NCBI GenBank assembly: GCA_018398765.1
Contig: JAHBMJ010000364.1
Location: 1 to 49,402 of the forward strand
Length of the DNA stretch: 49,402 nucleotides
From: Chromera velia
Lineage: Eukaryota
Reading direction: 5' to 3'
Shown here: piece by piece, positions 27,286-40,300 of the stretch
How the letters are laid out: each line of letters begins with the position of its first letter
Position numbering within the stretch: position 1 is the first letter of the stretch
The notes under the pieces: generated by a model
Databases searched by the model: none
What the model saw: the letters and a program-made list of their open reading frames with translations, nothing else
Told to the model about the DNA's origin: nothing
Made by a program: the position numbers and the translations under genes

Positions 27286-27583
27286 GGTGTGTGTGTGTCT
27301 GTTTGTCTGCATATCTGTGTGTCTGTTGTTTCTGTGTAGCTGTTTGTGTTGGTATGTGTGTGTTTCTTTATTGCTGTCTGAATCGATATATATGCGTATG
27401 TGTGTGCCCGAGTGCATGCCTGCTTCCGCGTACCTGTGGGCTTGGCAGCCTTCGTGACCCTCTGTCTCCCTCCCTCCCTCAGGACTTCCCGACGAGGACG
27501 GAGGTTCCCCCTACTGGCGGGACCAGTTCGAGGCTTTGGCGTGCGATGCGCTGACGGTGTACATGAGCAAGTGGCGGACTTAA
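19459..27583 (+). CDS. Large multi-exon (~14 exons) coiled-coil protein of unknown function with Pro/Arg-rich low-complexity regions
   Basis: Exon 1 MSVQLSPRSR...EKEHIVEKLR|gtcagt is followed by many short E/K/Q/R-rich exons with canonical junctions, large exons ~24324-25818 and ~26261-27182, and a terminal exon 'GLPDEDGGSPYWRDQFEALACDALTVYMSKWRT*' ending at 27583. Confidence 0.8.
23852..24140. repeat. Intronic minisatellite, 88-bp unit, about 3.3 copies
   Basis: Units start at ~23852, 23940, 24028 and 24116 (TTGGCTTTGCCTTCTGAT...GATGCATGCATTGATTTTCATACAGAATTCATTGATTTTCAATGCAGGCTT). Confidence 0.95.
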
Positions 27584-28553
27584 GTTAAGGAGGAAGGAGT
27601 CGAGAAGAGTGAATGTGTGAATGATAGTTGAGATGACAAGGCAGGCCGGCACGCACGTGGGTTGAATGACCGCCCGAGCGAGCTCAAATTTTCCTTCCTT
27701 CGATGTACAAAAAGACAAAAATACGTGGAGGAGGGAAGAAGGGGGGCAGCCTGCATGAAGTAAGCCCGAAGTGGCTTTTGTACAAAGAAAGCAAGAGAAG
27801 TGTCACCAGTTGACTCACTTCTCTTCTCTCCTCCGCCTGCACACAGAAGGAAGGACAGAGGTGGACAATGTTGGAAGCGATGCGAGAAAGGAAGCAGAAA
27901 GCCCGAGAGACGATAAATCTATTGAAGAAGGCGGTAAGGGCACTGCAGGATGGACATCCGGATAGACAGAGACGCACGGAGAGGGTAAGAGAGAGACTGT
28001 GCGTTTGAGTGGATCCTTACCTGGTGGCTTCGGCAGTCATTTGGCTCGGGGGACGGGAGGGTACGGCAGTCCATCATCTTTTCTCTCTATTTCTGTGTCT
28101 TTGTCTTTCTCTCTTCCCCTGCGACCAACCGGTCAGCGGTCTGGATACTCGATCGCGATTCCCTACGTACTTGGGCCTCATTCGTTCCATGCACCCAGCA
28201 GCGCTTTTAAAAAGTTGGGCTTCGCCTGCATTGCAAGATGCATTGTCACGTTAATAGACTGTTACGAGATTAGTCACATTACTAAAAGATCATTTGACCA
28301 TATTTAACAAAAAAAAACATTGTTTATAACTTTGTGAGAAGTTGAAAAACTTATAAAAACTTAGTAAAACCTAGTTGAAAGTTCGGGAATTAAGTTGAAA
28401 ATCAACATAGTTTTAAAGATATTTAAAGAAAAATCATGTACACATAAATTAGTGATTAGTGGTGCCCTAGAGCACTGTCGCCGTTTTATCTTATAGAGGT
28501 CGAAATGTACTAGTCTGGGTACTAGTTAGTACTAGTATTATCATATATATGCA

Positions 28554-28589
<36 letters not shown>

Positions 28590-29159
28590 CGGTCTATAGG
28601 CCATCATGCAGTGCATGAGTCGGTCATAAATCGTTTTAGCGAATCTTGTTGACAGCGCTGTATTAACTAGCATATTAAAAAGTTGATTAAGTAACGATTC
28701 GGTTTTATATTGATTGATATGTACATGTATGTTTCTACTAGTTTCTACTAACAAATATCAACAAATTAATACAAATTAATTAACTAGAAGAGAAATTAAT
28801 TAACTAGAAGAGAAATCTGTGTGGTTCACTGTCAAATGACAACTTATACGGACTAGCACTATTATTAAGTTACCTAAGTATAAGTCACTATCCTACTTCA
28901 AGCAGCTGTAAGGTTCGATTCTAGATGGTCCCTGCTCTGTCAGTAAGGAAAGCAACGACTGACATCTTTTGAATCTAATTTCGGATGATTTTGCCAGTCG
29001 TTAGAGAAAAATTTGGTCCTAAGTAGCTCTAATCTACCCTAATCTGTACTTAAAATTCGGGGTCGGATTCAACCGAAAATTGAATCTTTGGCCGGGTTCT
29101 CCGAGCGTGGTTCTTTGGCCCGCGGACCCTGCAGTCCGGCCCGGAGCTGCAAAATTCGG

Positions 29160-29215
29160 ACATCGTGTGCATGCATGCACACCGATACACAGATCGATCG
29201 ACGCATGCATGTAAC
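29160..29215. promoter_or_regulatory. TGCATGCA / GATCGATC motif cluster upstream of the secreted-protein gene
   Basis: GTGCATGCATGCAC, GATCGATCGA and GCATGCATG occur within 55 bp at the edge of an AT-rich island. Confidence 0.45.
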
Positions 29216-30227
29216 CACTTTTCGAGGCAATGTACACACGGTAACACACCTGGCTCCTGTTCTGTATATACAAAGAGATATTCCATCAGAGCGAACCGAA
29301 GAAATGTGCCCTTTGTTTTCCATATGCATGATGGGGAGCTGCTTCAGTTCACACTCACGCTTCACACCCAGTTGAAGGAGACTGTATATAAGAGTGCCAC
29401 CGCTTGTCCATGCAGCAGGAAGATCTCTGAACACTGTTGCATGCGCCAACATGAAGTGACCTGTTCGTGATACTTCTATACATGTCGTGTATAGACATGC
29501 AGAGCGTCAACTTCAGGTTTTTTCATTCTCTGGATCAGTCTACTTGATCAACGGTCTGATGTCCTTGCTTGGTCTTCTTTCTTCCCTTTTGTGCTTTTCG
29601 ATTCTGTGCGCAACCGCGAGAGACCTTGGAAGTCATTGGGGCATTCAAATGCCCTTCCCCTTCCTTCCCAGAGGATCTCTCCATGGAGAAAGGTCGGGTC
29701 CTTGTGACGTCACTGCAAGCGAAAAAGTGTGAAAGGAATGAGAGAGAAGAGGTAAAGAAGTTTTCTGCCTGATTTCCGAAGATGTCCTTCTTTTTCCTCT
29801 TGATTTGACGTGTCAGCACATCATTTGGTGCACGTCCAAACCCTCAATTCCCGCACTGCACGTCCGTAGCGGCTCGGCGCACTGCACTTCCCTGCTGTTT
29901 GGATCCATTCTGTGTCCTTAGGCTCTCTGCGTGCGTCAGCATGCATGGGCTCTGTATTGATGTACATCATTTCCCATGTGACCTTACTGGCTGTCCCCAG
30001 TCTTGCTTGTGAGCTAGAGTCTGCGTTCGTCCCATAATTTGCATGATTGATTTATATTGTAAAGATCCTGTGAACATCGTTTCTTGCCTCTGCGCAAATC
30101 CCTGCAAGTCTGTACACGCACATCCAACTATATGTCTCACAAGTCTTGTCTCTTTGAATCAGATTCGGAATCCTTAATTCTCTTTGTTCAAACGAAGAAA
30201 CTTCTCCCTTGTCCGCTTAATCCTACA

Positions 30228-32575
30228 ATGCGCCCAAAACTTGTCTTTCATTCTGCGCTTGTCCTCAACCTCCTTGCCTCGTTCCTTCTCCCTCCTCGCT
30301 CCCTGTCTACCATTCAATACGCCCAGTGCATGCATCGAACACCTATTGCATGAGCCCATGCGCTGCCTCTGCATGCAGGTTCCTCCAGAGCACCTCCCCC
30401 AGGCCCATCACTGCCACCCCTGAGTGCGAGGAAGTGGTCTCCCTGATGGACCAGAAGATCCAAAAGAAGAGAGAGGACATCGGCACAGACGACAACCAAG
30501 GAGAAAGAAAAAAAATCCAAGACGCCAAGCAAACCATTGAAGCAAAGAGGGAAGAAATCAAAAACGCGTGCACCATGGTTACTCCACCCCCCCCACCCAC
30601 CCCTCCCCCACAGCCCGGACAACCTCCCCAACCCCCGCCCCCTCCCCCACCCCCCCAGATCCAGTGCGATCAAGCAGTAGTCTCATCAGCCTCCCAAGAA
30701 ATCTTCACCCAGAACCGAAACATCGTGGAAGCACGAATCAAGATTATCAAATTGACTGCTGAGATAGACCATCTAGAGACACAGAAAGCGGTCCTTGTGC
30801 TCAGGTGCAATTCCTTTGTGCATGCTGCGGAAGCAGCCCAAAAAGAGTCCGAGAGAATGGGGAAAACTGCAGACGAAGAGGCGGAGGAGGCCGGAAACTT
30901 GGATCAAAAGCTGGATGACATTGTGGCAAAGAAGCCCACCGAGATGAATGACGAAGAGCGAGTTGGTCTACGAGAGATTCCTACCGAGAGTGGTACTCTC
31001 CATCTTCATTCTTCCCGATTGAAAGAGAGAAAGAAGAAACTTGAAGATCAGAAAGCACGTGTGGAGGAGATCAAGGAGGAGTTTGTCAAACACATCAGAG
31101 AGAGTGACGACAGCCAGGACGCATTTGTGTCCAGTGTGGTGAAGAAGTTTCAACCGGGGGGGTCCGACACTCTCTTTGGAACTTTCACGGGACTTCCTCA
31201 GTTGGTTGCGAAGGCGCAGGAGCAGAAGCAAAAGGCAGAGGGGAATTTTGAGGAAGAGGCAAAAAAGATAATAGAGAAAGCTGACAATTTCGGGAAAGAA
31301 ATGCCGGCAGCTTCATTGAAAGACTACCAGGAATGGGTCGAAAAGAAGAAGAAGGGAGAGGAGTGGAGCATCAAAATACCCGAGAAGGAGCTCGTCAAAG
31401 CTATAAGAAGAACCTACCGTCAGTCAGTCTGGGAGCCTTTTTCTTTTTTTTGTGAAAAAAGGAAGAAGACAAAGAAAAAGAAGAAGCAAAGTGTTTGATC
31501 GACAGTTTTGTCGAATTTCTGGTCGAAATTTTTGATCACATTTGCCGCAAGGCTTCGTCTTTTTTCAGAAGTGGCGTTTTTGCGTGAGAAGTGAAGGAAG
31601 TGTTTTTTTCTTTTGTTGCTTTACTTAATTGTCCCCCGTTATTAATTTTCTTGGGCGTCTACCTGCACTACTTCTTGTTCTTATGCATTAACCTTTGGTT
31701 GTATTAATATGTGGCTGCATTCATTCTGCGTATTTTTTGGTTCACGTAGAAGAGAGCACAAAGTCCTTTCTCTGTCTGTCTGTCAATTTCGTTTTCCCCC
31801 TCCACCTTGTTGAAGCAGAAATGAGCTGCCTGGGCAGGTCGGAGGATTTGAGTTTCCTGCCGCTCATTTCCCATTTTGCTCTGTTTTCCGCTCCCTTCCT
31901 TCTTTGACAATCAGTTTCTCTGTGGTGAGTTTGCGTGTATCTGTACGTGTGTTGGACTGAATCAGTGAATGAATAAATAAATGAATGAATGAATGAATGA
32001 ATGGACGAATGAATGAATGAATGAATGAATAAATGACTGACTGAATGAATGAATGAATAAATGAATGAATGAATGAATGAACGAATGAATGAACGAATGA
32101 ATGAATGAATGAATGAATGAATGAATGAATGAATGAGAGCGAAAGAGAGTGAGGGGGGGGAGGCCGGGGCAAAAGAAAGTGCACGAGTGACGGAGTTAGC
32201 CAATCGGTGAGTAAGGCTTTTCGTAGCTAGTGATGGAGTGAGACAGCTGAATGGCTGGTGATTCAACTGCTGTGCGAGCCAGTGAGCGAGTGAGAGAGAG
32301 ACAGCTGAGTCATTGAGTGACTGACTGAGTGAGTGAGCGGGTGAATGTGTCAGTGATTAAGTGACTGAGTCACTGTGTGACAGACAGAGAGACAGAGAGA
32401 CAGACAAACAGACAGACAGACTGACAGACTGACAGACTGACAGACTGACAGACTGACAGACTGACTGATTGATTGGTCATGATGAATCGATGCATGGATC
32501 AGTTGGTTTACTGATTGCTTAATTGCTATGGATTGATTGCATGCTTTTTGTTGAGCGAGTGATTCAGTTCGCACA

Positions 32576-32622
<47 letters not shown>

Positions 32623-32631
32623 CCGTGTGCG

Positions 32632-32670
<39 letters not shown>

Positions 32671-32673
32671 GTC

Positions 32674-32731
<58 letters not shown>

Positions 32732-32826
32732 TGTGTGTGTTCTTGTCCATCGTCTTGCATGCAGCTGGGTATACCCGAGTTCCAGACGAGGGCTGGTTTC
32801 TTCCAACGGGACCCGAGGACACGTGA
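30228..32826 (+). CDS. Putative secreted coiled-coil protein with poly-Pro linker. Exons ~30228-30325, 30379-31418, 32765-32826
   Basis: Hydrophobic leader [21 protein letters not shown] splices in frame to the 390-aa ORF body ('QFLQSTSP...'). Donor GTCAGT at 31419; terminal exon '[20 protein letters not shown]'. Confidence 0.7.
31956..32740. repeat. Intronic microsatellite arrays (GAAT)n, (GACA/GACT)n, (GT)n, (CT)n
   Basis: Directly visible. Confidence 0.95.
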
Positions 32827-33649
32827 TGGGCGAGCTAAAGTTCAAGGGTGAAAAACAAAGAAACAGGTGCTAAATGAAAGAAGCTGAAAGAAACTTTAGA
32901 AGAAACTAAGGGGAACCAAAGTTTCTGAACCTTTTAGTCAACTTTCTAGTATGTGTTATAGATAGCTTCGTGTTTTTAGATGTTCCATCATACCTTCTAT
33001 TAAAAAGTTGTATAACATTGCATATATAATGTACGCAATCGCGATAGTGTAATATTTCCTACACTTTATCTTTTAACTGAGTGCATAATACAAATTGTAT
33101 TATCTGTAAAATAACTTTAAGAAAAAAAGGGGAACTTGTTTTTGCTTTCTTATGTATATTTTAGAAAATTGATTGATTGAAATAAGAAGTCGGTTTAATT
33201 TAGATTAACTCCAATTCAGTCAGATAATAACTCAGATTCAGACATTCTCTAAAAATTATTCTCAGTTATTCTCACTCAAAGTAAGTCGATCAGAGTACCT
33301 GAAAGTACATGAAAGCTATATTGAAAGTAATTGAAAGCTAGAAAAGTAGACTTTAAGTAGTAGTAGTAACCTGTGAGTTAGGTACAGTTAGGGCCGCCGT
33401 GCGCCTGGGGAGTTCGCGGGGGGGGGGCCGCGTGCATGCGTGGCGGTGTCCGCGCGCGTGATCGAGGCAGAGACGCGGGCGAGACGGCAGCTAGCCTCTT
33501 GGCTTCTGTTGGCTGTTTACCTGGCGCTCTCAGCAGTCAAGAATTGTGCGCCCAATTTATCTCCACCGTCTTTTTGAGACCCCTCGATAGCTTGTCTGTC
33601 TGTCTCTCTCATCTCGTGTCTTTCCCTCCCTATCCAAACAACGTGAGTC

Positions 33650-34336
33650 ATGTCTATCTCTCGAACGTCTCTGTTCGCAGTCGTGCTGACTGTTTCAGTT
33701 GGCCTCACAGAGAGCTTCTCGATGGTTCGGGTGAAGGCTCTCCAGCTGTCTCCTTCCGGAAGGTTTTCAGAAAGTTCTCTTGTCCTCATGCACGCTGAAG
33801 ATGAAAACTCTGGGGGGGTGACTGGCTATGTAGGCAAAAAAATCTACAGTGCCGGGAAGGCTGTGTACAACTACGTCTTCGATTCTGACGAGGAAGGCGA
33901 AGGGAGCGAGGCGGACAAAGAACTCAGCGACGCTCTCGACAAAGCCTCGGACGCTGCAGAGAAGAAATACAACGAACTGATCGAAGACCTCGATAAGTCG
34001 GCAGAGCACTACGCACAGAAGGTGAAGGAGAGGCGCAAGGAAGCGAGGGAAGAGGCTTCGAAGGAATTCGACAAAGTTTTCGATTCCCTATCGGAGACGT
34101 GGGCCGAGACAAAGGATTATACCAAAGACCAAATCGACAGTGCGCGTGTGTCTGCCAAGAAGACGTACTACTCGGCTCTGGACTATCTGGACGGAGCAGA
34201 GGAATGGGTGGAGGAGAAGGCTGCCTCGACCTGGAAGTCCGCCAAGCGCCTTGCAAAGAGGGCCTACTACGCTGTGTTTTCGTCTTCCGACTCCACTAAA
34301 TCGGACTCCAAGACAGATGAGGGAAAGGAATCCTGA
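33650..34336 (+). CDS. Intronless 228-aa LEA/apolipophorin-like helical protein with signal peptide and probable plastid transit peptide
   Basis: Hydrophobic signal ends VGLTES|F, followed by a Ser/Arg-rich stretch and then an A/K/E/D-rich amphipathic helical body. Confidence 0.8.
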   Translation: MSISRTSLFAVVLTVSVGLTESFSMVRVKALQLSPSGRFSESSLVLMHAEDENSGGVTGYVGKKIYSAGKAVYNYVFDSDEEGEGSEADKELSDALDKASDAAEKKYNELIEDLDKSAEHYAQKVKERRKEAREEASKEFDKVFDSLSETWAETKDYTKDQIDSARVSAKKTYYSALDYLDGAEEWVEEKAASTWKSAKRLAKRAYYAVFSSSDSTKSDSKTDEGKES

Positions 34337-36182
34337 TTTTGGTCAGGAAGGTGGTAATCGGAAGTTTCGAAGGAAAGGAGACTGGGGGGGTTGTGAAACG
34401 GTAGATGCATAGGAGGGTGCAGGTGCAGGGACGGAGAGAACGTGAAAGAGGTCGAGGCTCAGAGAAGTGCTCCGAATTGACGGGGTGCAGAAGACAGCAA
34501 TCGAAAGAACATTGACTGTTCAAGAAAATCTTCAGGTGGTCTGTCTGGGTGTCTCCTACTGAGTCTCACCTTGTCTGACCGTTTGTCGTCTGTCCTTCTT
34601 TCTGCCGTTCGGTCGGTGTCTGGCAGTGTCTCCTCGTCTGCTAAAATCGTTTCCATCGTCTTGTCGGCCGTCTCCGGTATTCGGAGCGTGACCGATCTCG
34701 CGATGGCTTGCATTGATTCAAGCTTTCAGAATTGAAAATGGGAATGACACTTTGCCAGTCCTGACTGTGTGCCTTTTTTTTTTTTTGGTGTCAGTGACGG
34801 GCTGCAGGTGGGAGGACCGAGGGGAAGATTGGGGGGGTCCCTTGGTGGGTCTTTTGGGTTTCTTCCGACAACAGTGAAACGCAGGATGTGTTTTTGGTGT
34901 TCGTGAAGGAACTTCAAGGAGACCTTTGTTTTCCTTTTCTGTTGTTCCGCCAGGAGGTAAAACGTGAGAGGGGTCATGATGCACGAAGCAGAAACTTTAA
35001 GCAGCGAAGCAGTTCTCTTCCGTCGTCTTGTCGGCCGTCTCCGGTAATCGGAGCGTGACCGATCTCTGTCACGGTGGTTTGCCTGATGGGAATGAGTGCA
35101 TCGATGGCCGGATCGATGAAGGCTTTCAGAGTTGAAAGAAAATGCATAGGAGGGAAGGCGGACACTTAATTTGCCAGACCTCTTTTGTTTTTCAGGGGAG
35201 GGGGGGGTGAAGTGGCTGCGGTTGCATGTAGATGGCGCTCCTTCCAAGTTTGCATGCACGCCTGTGCCCCGGTGCTGCTACTGGCCTTACTCAGCCTTAT
35301 CCATTCGTGGTGCACTTCCGCTACGATCATTCTACCGAATTGTCAGACAGTACTGCAGCTGTCGCTTCACAGTGTGGGCGTTGTTTCAAGAAGAGAAGCG
35401 GGCAACACGTTGTAGAATTAATGGTGCAGACAGGTCAGGCAGGCAAGAGGCGTGTCTGTCTGCATGGGATTGAGTGACTGCGTCCAGTCGTGGCAGTGTG
35501 GCGTGAAGCCGTCGTCAGGAATGTGACAGTGAAGGTTGCACAAATACATGAGGGGCATGCACACCCATGCAGTGGGTGGAGATTCAAGTCTCTGTGAGAG
35601 TCTGTTTGGAAGTTCTGACAATGCTTGACAGAAAAGCTCTACCCAGCTCTGGCTGTTCTGCGCACAATGGAGAGGGTGTGTCGGTGCACGTTGAGTCACT
35701 TACTAGGTCACTTACCAAGAGTCATACTGGAGTGTGGCGAGTGTACTACCCCCTTTGTGTCCGTTTATCCGATCGAGGAAGAAGAAAGAAAAGACTCGGA
35801 GGCTAGCTCGGAAGATTTAAGACGAAGTCAATAAAGAGGAATCACAATTTTTTTTTTTTAAGTTTTAAAGAACTTGTATGTCTGTATGCATGTGCATATT
35901 ATATGCAGCATATGGAACGATAATTAAGAAGTTGAAAACGTTACTAATCCAGACGTCATTGAATGAATGTGAGACTTAATTAAAATCTATGCAGGCTCTC
36001 TCTATATATGTAAACAAATAAGGTAATACTATCAACTTAGTATTAAACATGTGTTAATTTGAGCAGTATATACGTACGCACTGTAAAACCGTAGCATTCA
36101 CCATTTGCTAGGCCATTGGGTTGGACTTAGAGCAGCGGTGTAGAGGCTTACTATGAAATGATCAATATCGCCCTGCTAGCTC

Positions 36183-36225
36183 TGGCGACAGATAGACATA
36201 GCGGGAAGGCCCTAGGACGGAACAT

Positions 36226-36256
<31 letters not shown>
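36183..36256 (+). repeat. Dispersed repeat with (ATCA)n tail, probably a retroelement 3' end; also present at ~508-594 (+) and ~32-118 (-)
   Basis: TGGCGACAGATAGACATAGCGGGAAGGCCCTAGG(G/A)CGGAACAT(ATCA)n is shared with one mismatch. Confidence 0.85.
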
Positions 36257-36471
36257 CTAGTAAATATCAGAATTATCAAATAATTAATATCAGGGTTGGT
36301 ACTAACTGCGTCCAAAATAAAAGTTTCAGACAGAGACAGTAAACATGTGTATTAATAGTAGCAAATCGCTTCGTATCGCTCTGCTCTCTTAGAAATTAAT
36401 CTGACGTACACCTATTTCCGCGACAGAGTGACATTTCCTTTTTTCATCCTCGTCAATGCTTTCACAATCTT

Positions 36472-37281
36472 TCACATGCGGCCCAAGTCAGGGACCACCC
36501 CAGCACCCACCCTGGGGAGCCCTCCTCCCGCAGGTGGCGCCTGGGAGCTGCCTCCGTGTCTCGTTGGACGTCTCCCCGCAGCAGCAGAGGGCAGGGGTGG
36601 GTGGGGACTTGGGTCGACGTCAGACCCCCTCTCCCACGGAATATCCGAATTTCCATTTTGCCCATTTCCGTTTGATCCGTTTGGCGTCTCTCCAGAACCA
36701 GAAAGAGCCTGAGAAGACAAGAAAAAAGAGAAGAGGAAAAGAAGACAGAAAAAAACGATGAAACGACAGCCGGACTGGGAACGCAGAGACGGTTGAGTGA
36801 GAATCCTGCATGACATTCTTTGGAGAGTGCGCATAGACAGATGAACTTTTCCCTGTATATTTTTTTTCCTGATTTCTTTTATGCATCCCGCCTTCCATCC
36901 GATTACGCTAGCTCTCTCTGCCGGATTTTGGTTGACTCAAATGGGCCTGTCCACACACAAATCCCAAATCTGATTGCTGAAATGACACCTCCCACACCCA
37001 CACCCACACCCAACCACACACACACACACGGCCACGTACCTGGAGCACTCCCTTGTCGACGAAGAGTCTGGCCAGGCAGAGACGCTCAAAGGAATCCGAG
37101 TTGGACACCGGAAGGTTCTTCACTGAGACCCCAGCCTCACCCGCATCTCGCACCGCCCTCAGGAAATCCGCAGCTGCAGGCTCAATGCGCATCTGGAGCC
37201 TGTAGCCAGCCAGCCAGAGACGCAGACACACACAGACACATTACATGTTTCTTCTTCTCCCTTCTTTTTTTCATGTACACA

Positions 37282-37313
<32 letters not shown>

Positions 37314-40300
37314 ACGGAGATTCTGTGAGAGAGCTACAGAATATTTTGTGGGAGCACACCCTTGCCGGAGCAACGAAACGCGGAAGTAGAATCACCGTAG
37401 AGGGCTGGAGAAGCGAATGTTCACGCATTTCAATGCAGCATAAAATTTCTTCCTCTTTTCTCTGCCAATACCGCAACCAACCGGCGGGACTTCTGTCTTT
37501 GAATTCTGTTGAGAGAGAGACGACAAGAGGAAAAGAGACGAAAACGGACGGAAGAGAAAGGGAAGAGAAAAGAAAAGAAAAGAAGAGAGATGGTAGACCG
37601 ACCTCGCGCCCCCTCTCTTTTCGAAACACGCTTCTGATGCTCCCGCCTCGCACGTCATCTCGATTTCTTCAGAGAACACACACATACACTCCCAGAGGGG
37701 GCCGTGACGAGAACGCACATACAAGGGCGCGCACGCGAACACAGACGCACTCACAGACCAGAAAGACATGCACAGAAAGATTCAAGCATCTTGATGCACA
37801 CAAAACCAACCCAGTCCCTCTTCCCTTCCGCATGAAGTCCTCTCGCTGTCTTTCTGAATGAGAACGGGTAGAAGGCTGAACAGAGAATTCCTCCCCCCCC
37901 CATGCCCCCCCAATTTAAATATTTTTCGATTTGCTCTGAACCCCCCATCCTCTGCCCTCTCTCATCTACCACACACCCAACAACCAACCATGCAGCCCCA
38001 TCTCGTCTCAGTCACTCCCTCACTGACTGACTGACTGACCAGGATCCAAACGAATTTGACTCCGCGACGTGACTGCAGAACCCGCACCGACCATCACGGG
38101 ACCTGGAGGCAGACAGACAGACAAGCAGATCGACAGGAAGAAAGAGACAGGGAGGGTATGCAGTCAGCAGAAAAAAGAGATGGATCAGAAGAAAGGTTTC
38201 TTTTTTCCCTTCGCTTTTGTCTGTTTCTTTCGTCCTTTCCTCCTTCCTTCATTCCTTCTTTCTTTCCTTCTCTCTCCCTCTCTCACACACATACACGCAC
38301 ACACACCCTCACTTCATTTCCTTTCTCCTTTCTTCCTTGCAATGTTTTGGGACTTTCTTTCTTTCACTCATTTCTTCTTTGCATCCCTCTTCCCTCCCTT
38401 CCTCCAGTGCTTTTCTCCTGCTTCCGGCTTGCCTCTTTCTGTCTGACCTGTCTGCATTGTCCTCATGTGTTGCCTCAACTGATTGCTGTTCACCCTGCAA
38501 CACACACAGACGGGAAGACACGGAGACGAGGGAGGAGGGATGAAGGAAGGGAAAATAAACAACTTTCTGTTTCTTCTATTTCTCATTTTTTCTTTAGGCA
38601 GACAGGCAGACAAACAGACAAACACATAGACAGCCAGAGAAAGGAACCTCACCCACCGCCCACAGCCCCCTCGAGGACAATGAATCCTTCCCTTCGTTCG
38701 TGCTTCGAAAGAGAGAGGGGAGGACGAGAGGATCTTCAATCAAAGAGACAAGCGAACAAATCGGTACACACAGCGAAGAACGAGACAAAGAGAGATGCCG
38801 AAGGAAAGCCAAATTCGTAGGCACGCCAACAACCCCCCCCGCCATCCTGCACATGAACACAGAGAGAGAGAGAGAGAGAGAGAGACAGGCCAGAAGTGAA
38901 GGAGTTTTTTACCTTCCTGCAGGCTCAGACTTAATGCACCTGCCTGCCTGCCTGTCTCGATCCCACCAACCCGCTCACTTACCTTTGCATTTGAGCAGAG
39001 AAAGAAGCGCGCAGGTTGTCCTCTGTCAACGCCGCCTGTCAGTGTGTCATCACATGACATGGAGGGGGGAAAAAAGAACGACACACACACCGGAAGGAAT
39101 CCAGCAGGGAGAACACAAACAGAGAGTGGTTCCGAAAGCCTTCAACAGAGGAGAGCAGCAGAACAGATTGAATTTCTCTTTTTCCGCTTGAAATGATTCG
39201 ATTTTGATACAAAGAACACGCTGTGGTCCCCAAAAGCGCAACCCCCCTTCCCTCCTACAGCCCTCCCCTTTCCAAAGCGAGAGAGAACACCACCACAATG
39301 CACACCGAAACACATCCCTCCCCTTCCTTCCCTCAGCAAAGCACAAAACAGAAAGGGGGTCGCGCGACAGAAGAGAGACAGAGGGAGAGTCTCAATCCAA
39401 TTACATTCCAGAAAGGGGGGGCACACCTAGAAGACGACAGCCTCCCTGCCTCCCCCACCCCTCACTCATTCAATGCCTCTTCCTTCCTTCCACCCAGCCA
39501 CCCACTCTCCCTCTCTGTAACCCACCCGGAGTTTGGTGAGAATGGACTCAATCCTCTCAGCGTACTCGGGGGACTCTCTTCCGTTATTCCCCCTCTCCCC
39601 CCTCCCCTGCCCGCCTACTGCGTCTTCCTTCAGCACACTGCGGCGAAGAAGGAGCCGCTCCTCCTCGTCCAGAACGTTCCCCCCTGGCCGACTCGTTGAG
39701 TTGGTCGACACAGGGGCGGCAGTCGCTGCAAACACGCAGACGGAGACAGACAGACAGGCAAGCAGTGGAGTGAGAGAGAACGTCTCGCTTCGTTCACTTG
39801 AGCAAAAAGAAAATCAAGTGCAGAGAACCTGCACCTCCTCACACACCCTCGCATGAAAGAGACAAAGAAGCAAAGGAACCCCCTACCTTCCAAAAGCCCC
39901 TCATTCAAATCAGTTTCCATCATACGGCAAATTCCTTCCCTCTGCGACTGATTGACCACGTGTCGATATGGAGAGAAGGGAAAGGGGGGAAACCAGTCTT
40001 CGGAACAGCCACAAACAAACAGACAGGCGAACGAGCCAATCAGACAACACAGATAGGCAGACAGAAAGACCATTTAATCTATTCATTTCTTCTCCCTCCT
40101 TCTCTGCAGGGACACAACAGACCAAGAGGAAGACAGAGGCAATGAAAGACAAAAGTACAACACGGCCAGTCAGACAAGATAGGCAGGTGGCCCGAAAAGT
40201 GAGTTGAGCGTCCGTTGCCGAACTGACAGACTCTATCGTTTTCTGCAGACAGACTATATGTTTCTTCTTCTCACTTCTTTTCTTCATGTACACGACAAAC

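Noticed and set aside
29683..29752. Short ORF with GTAAAG donor (MEKGRVL...EE) as first exon of the secreted-protein gene
   Set aside because: No convincing in-frame acceptor was found, and ATG 30228 already provides a signal peptide; it may be 5' UTR.
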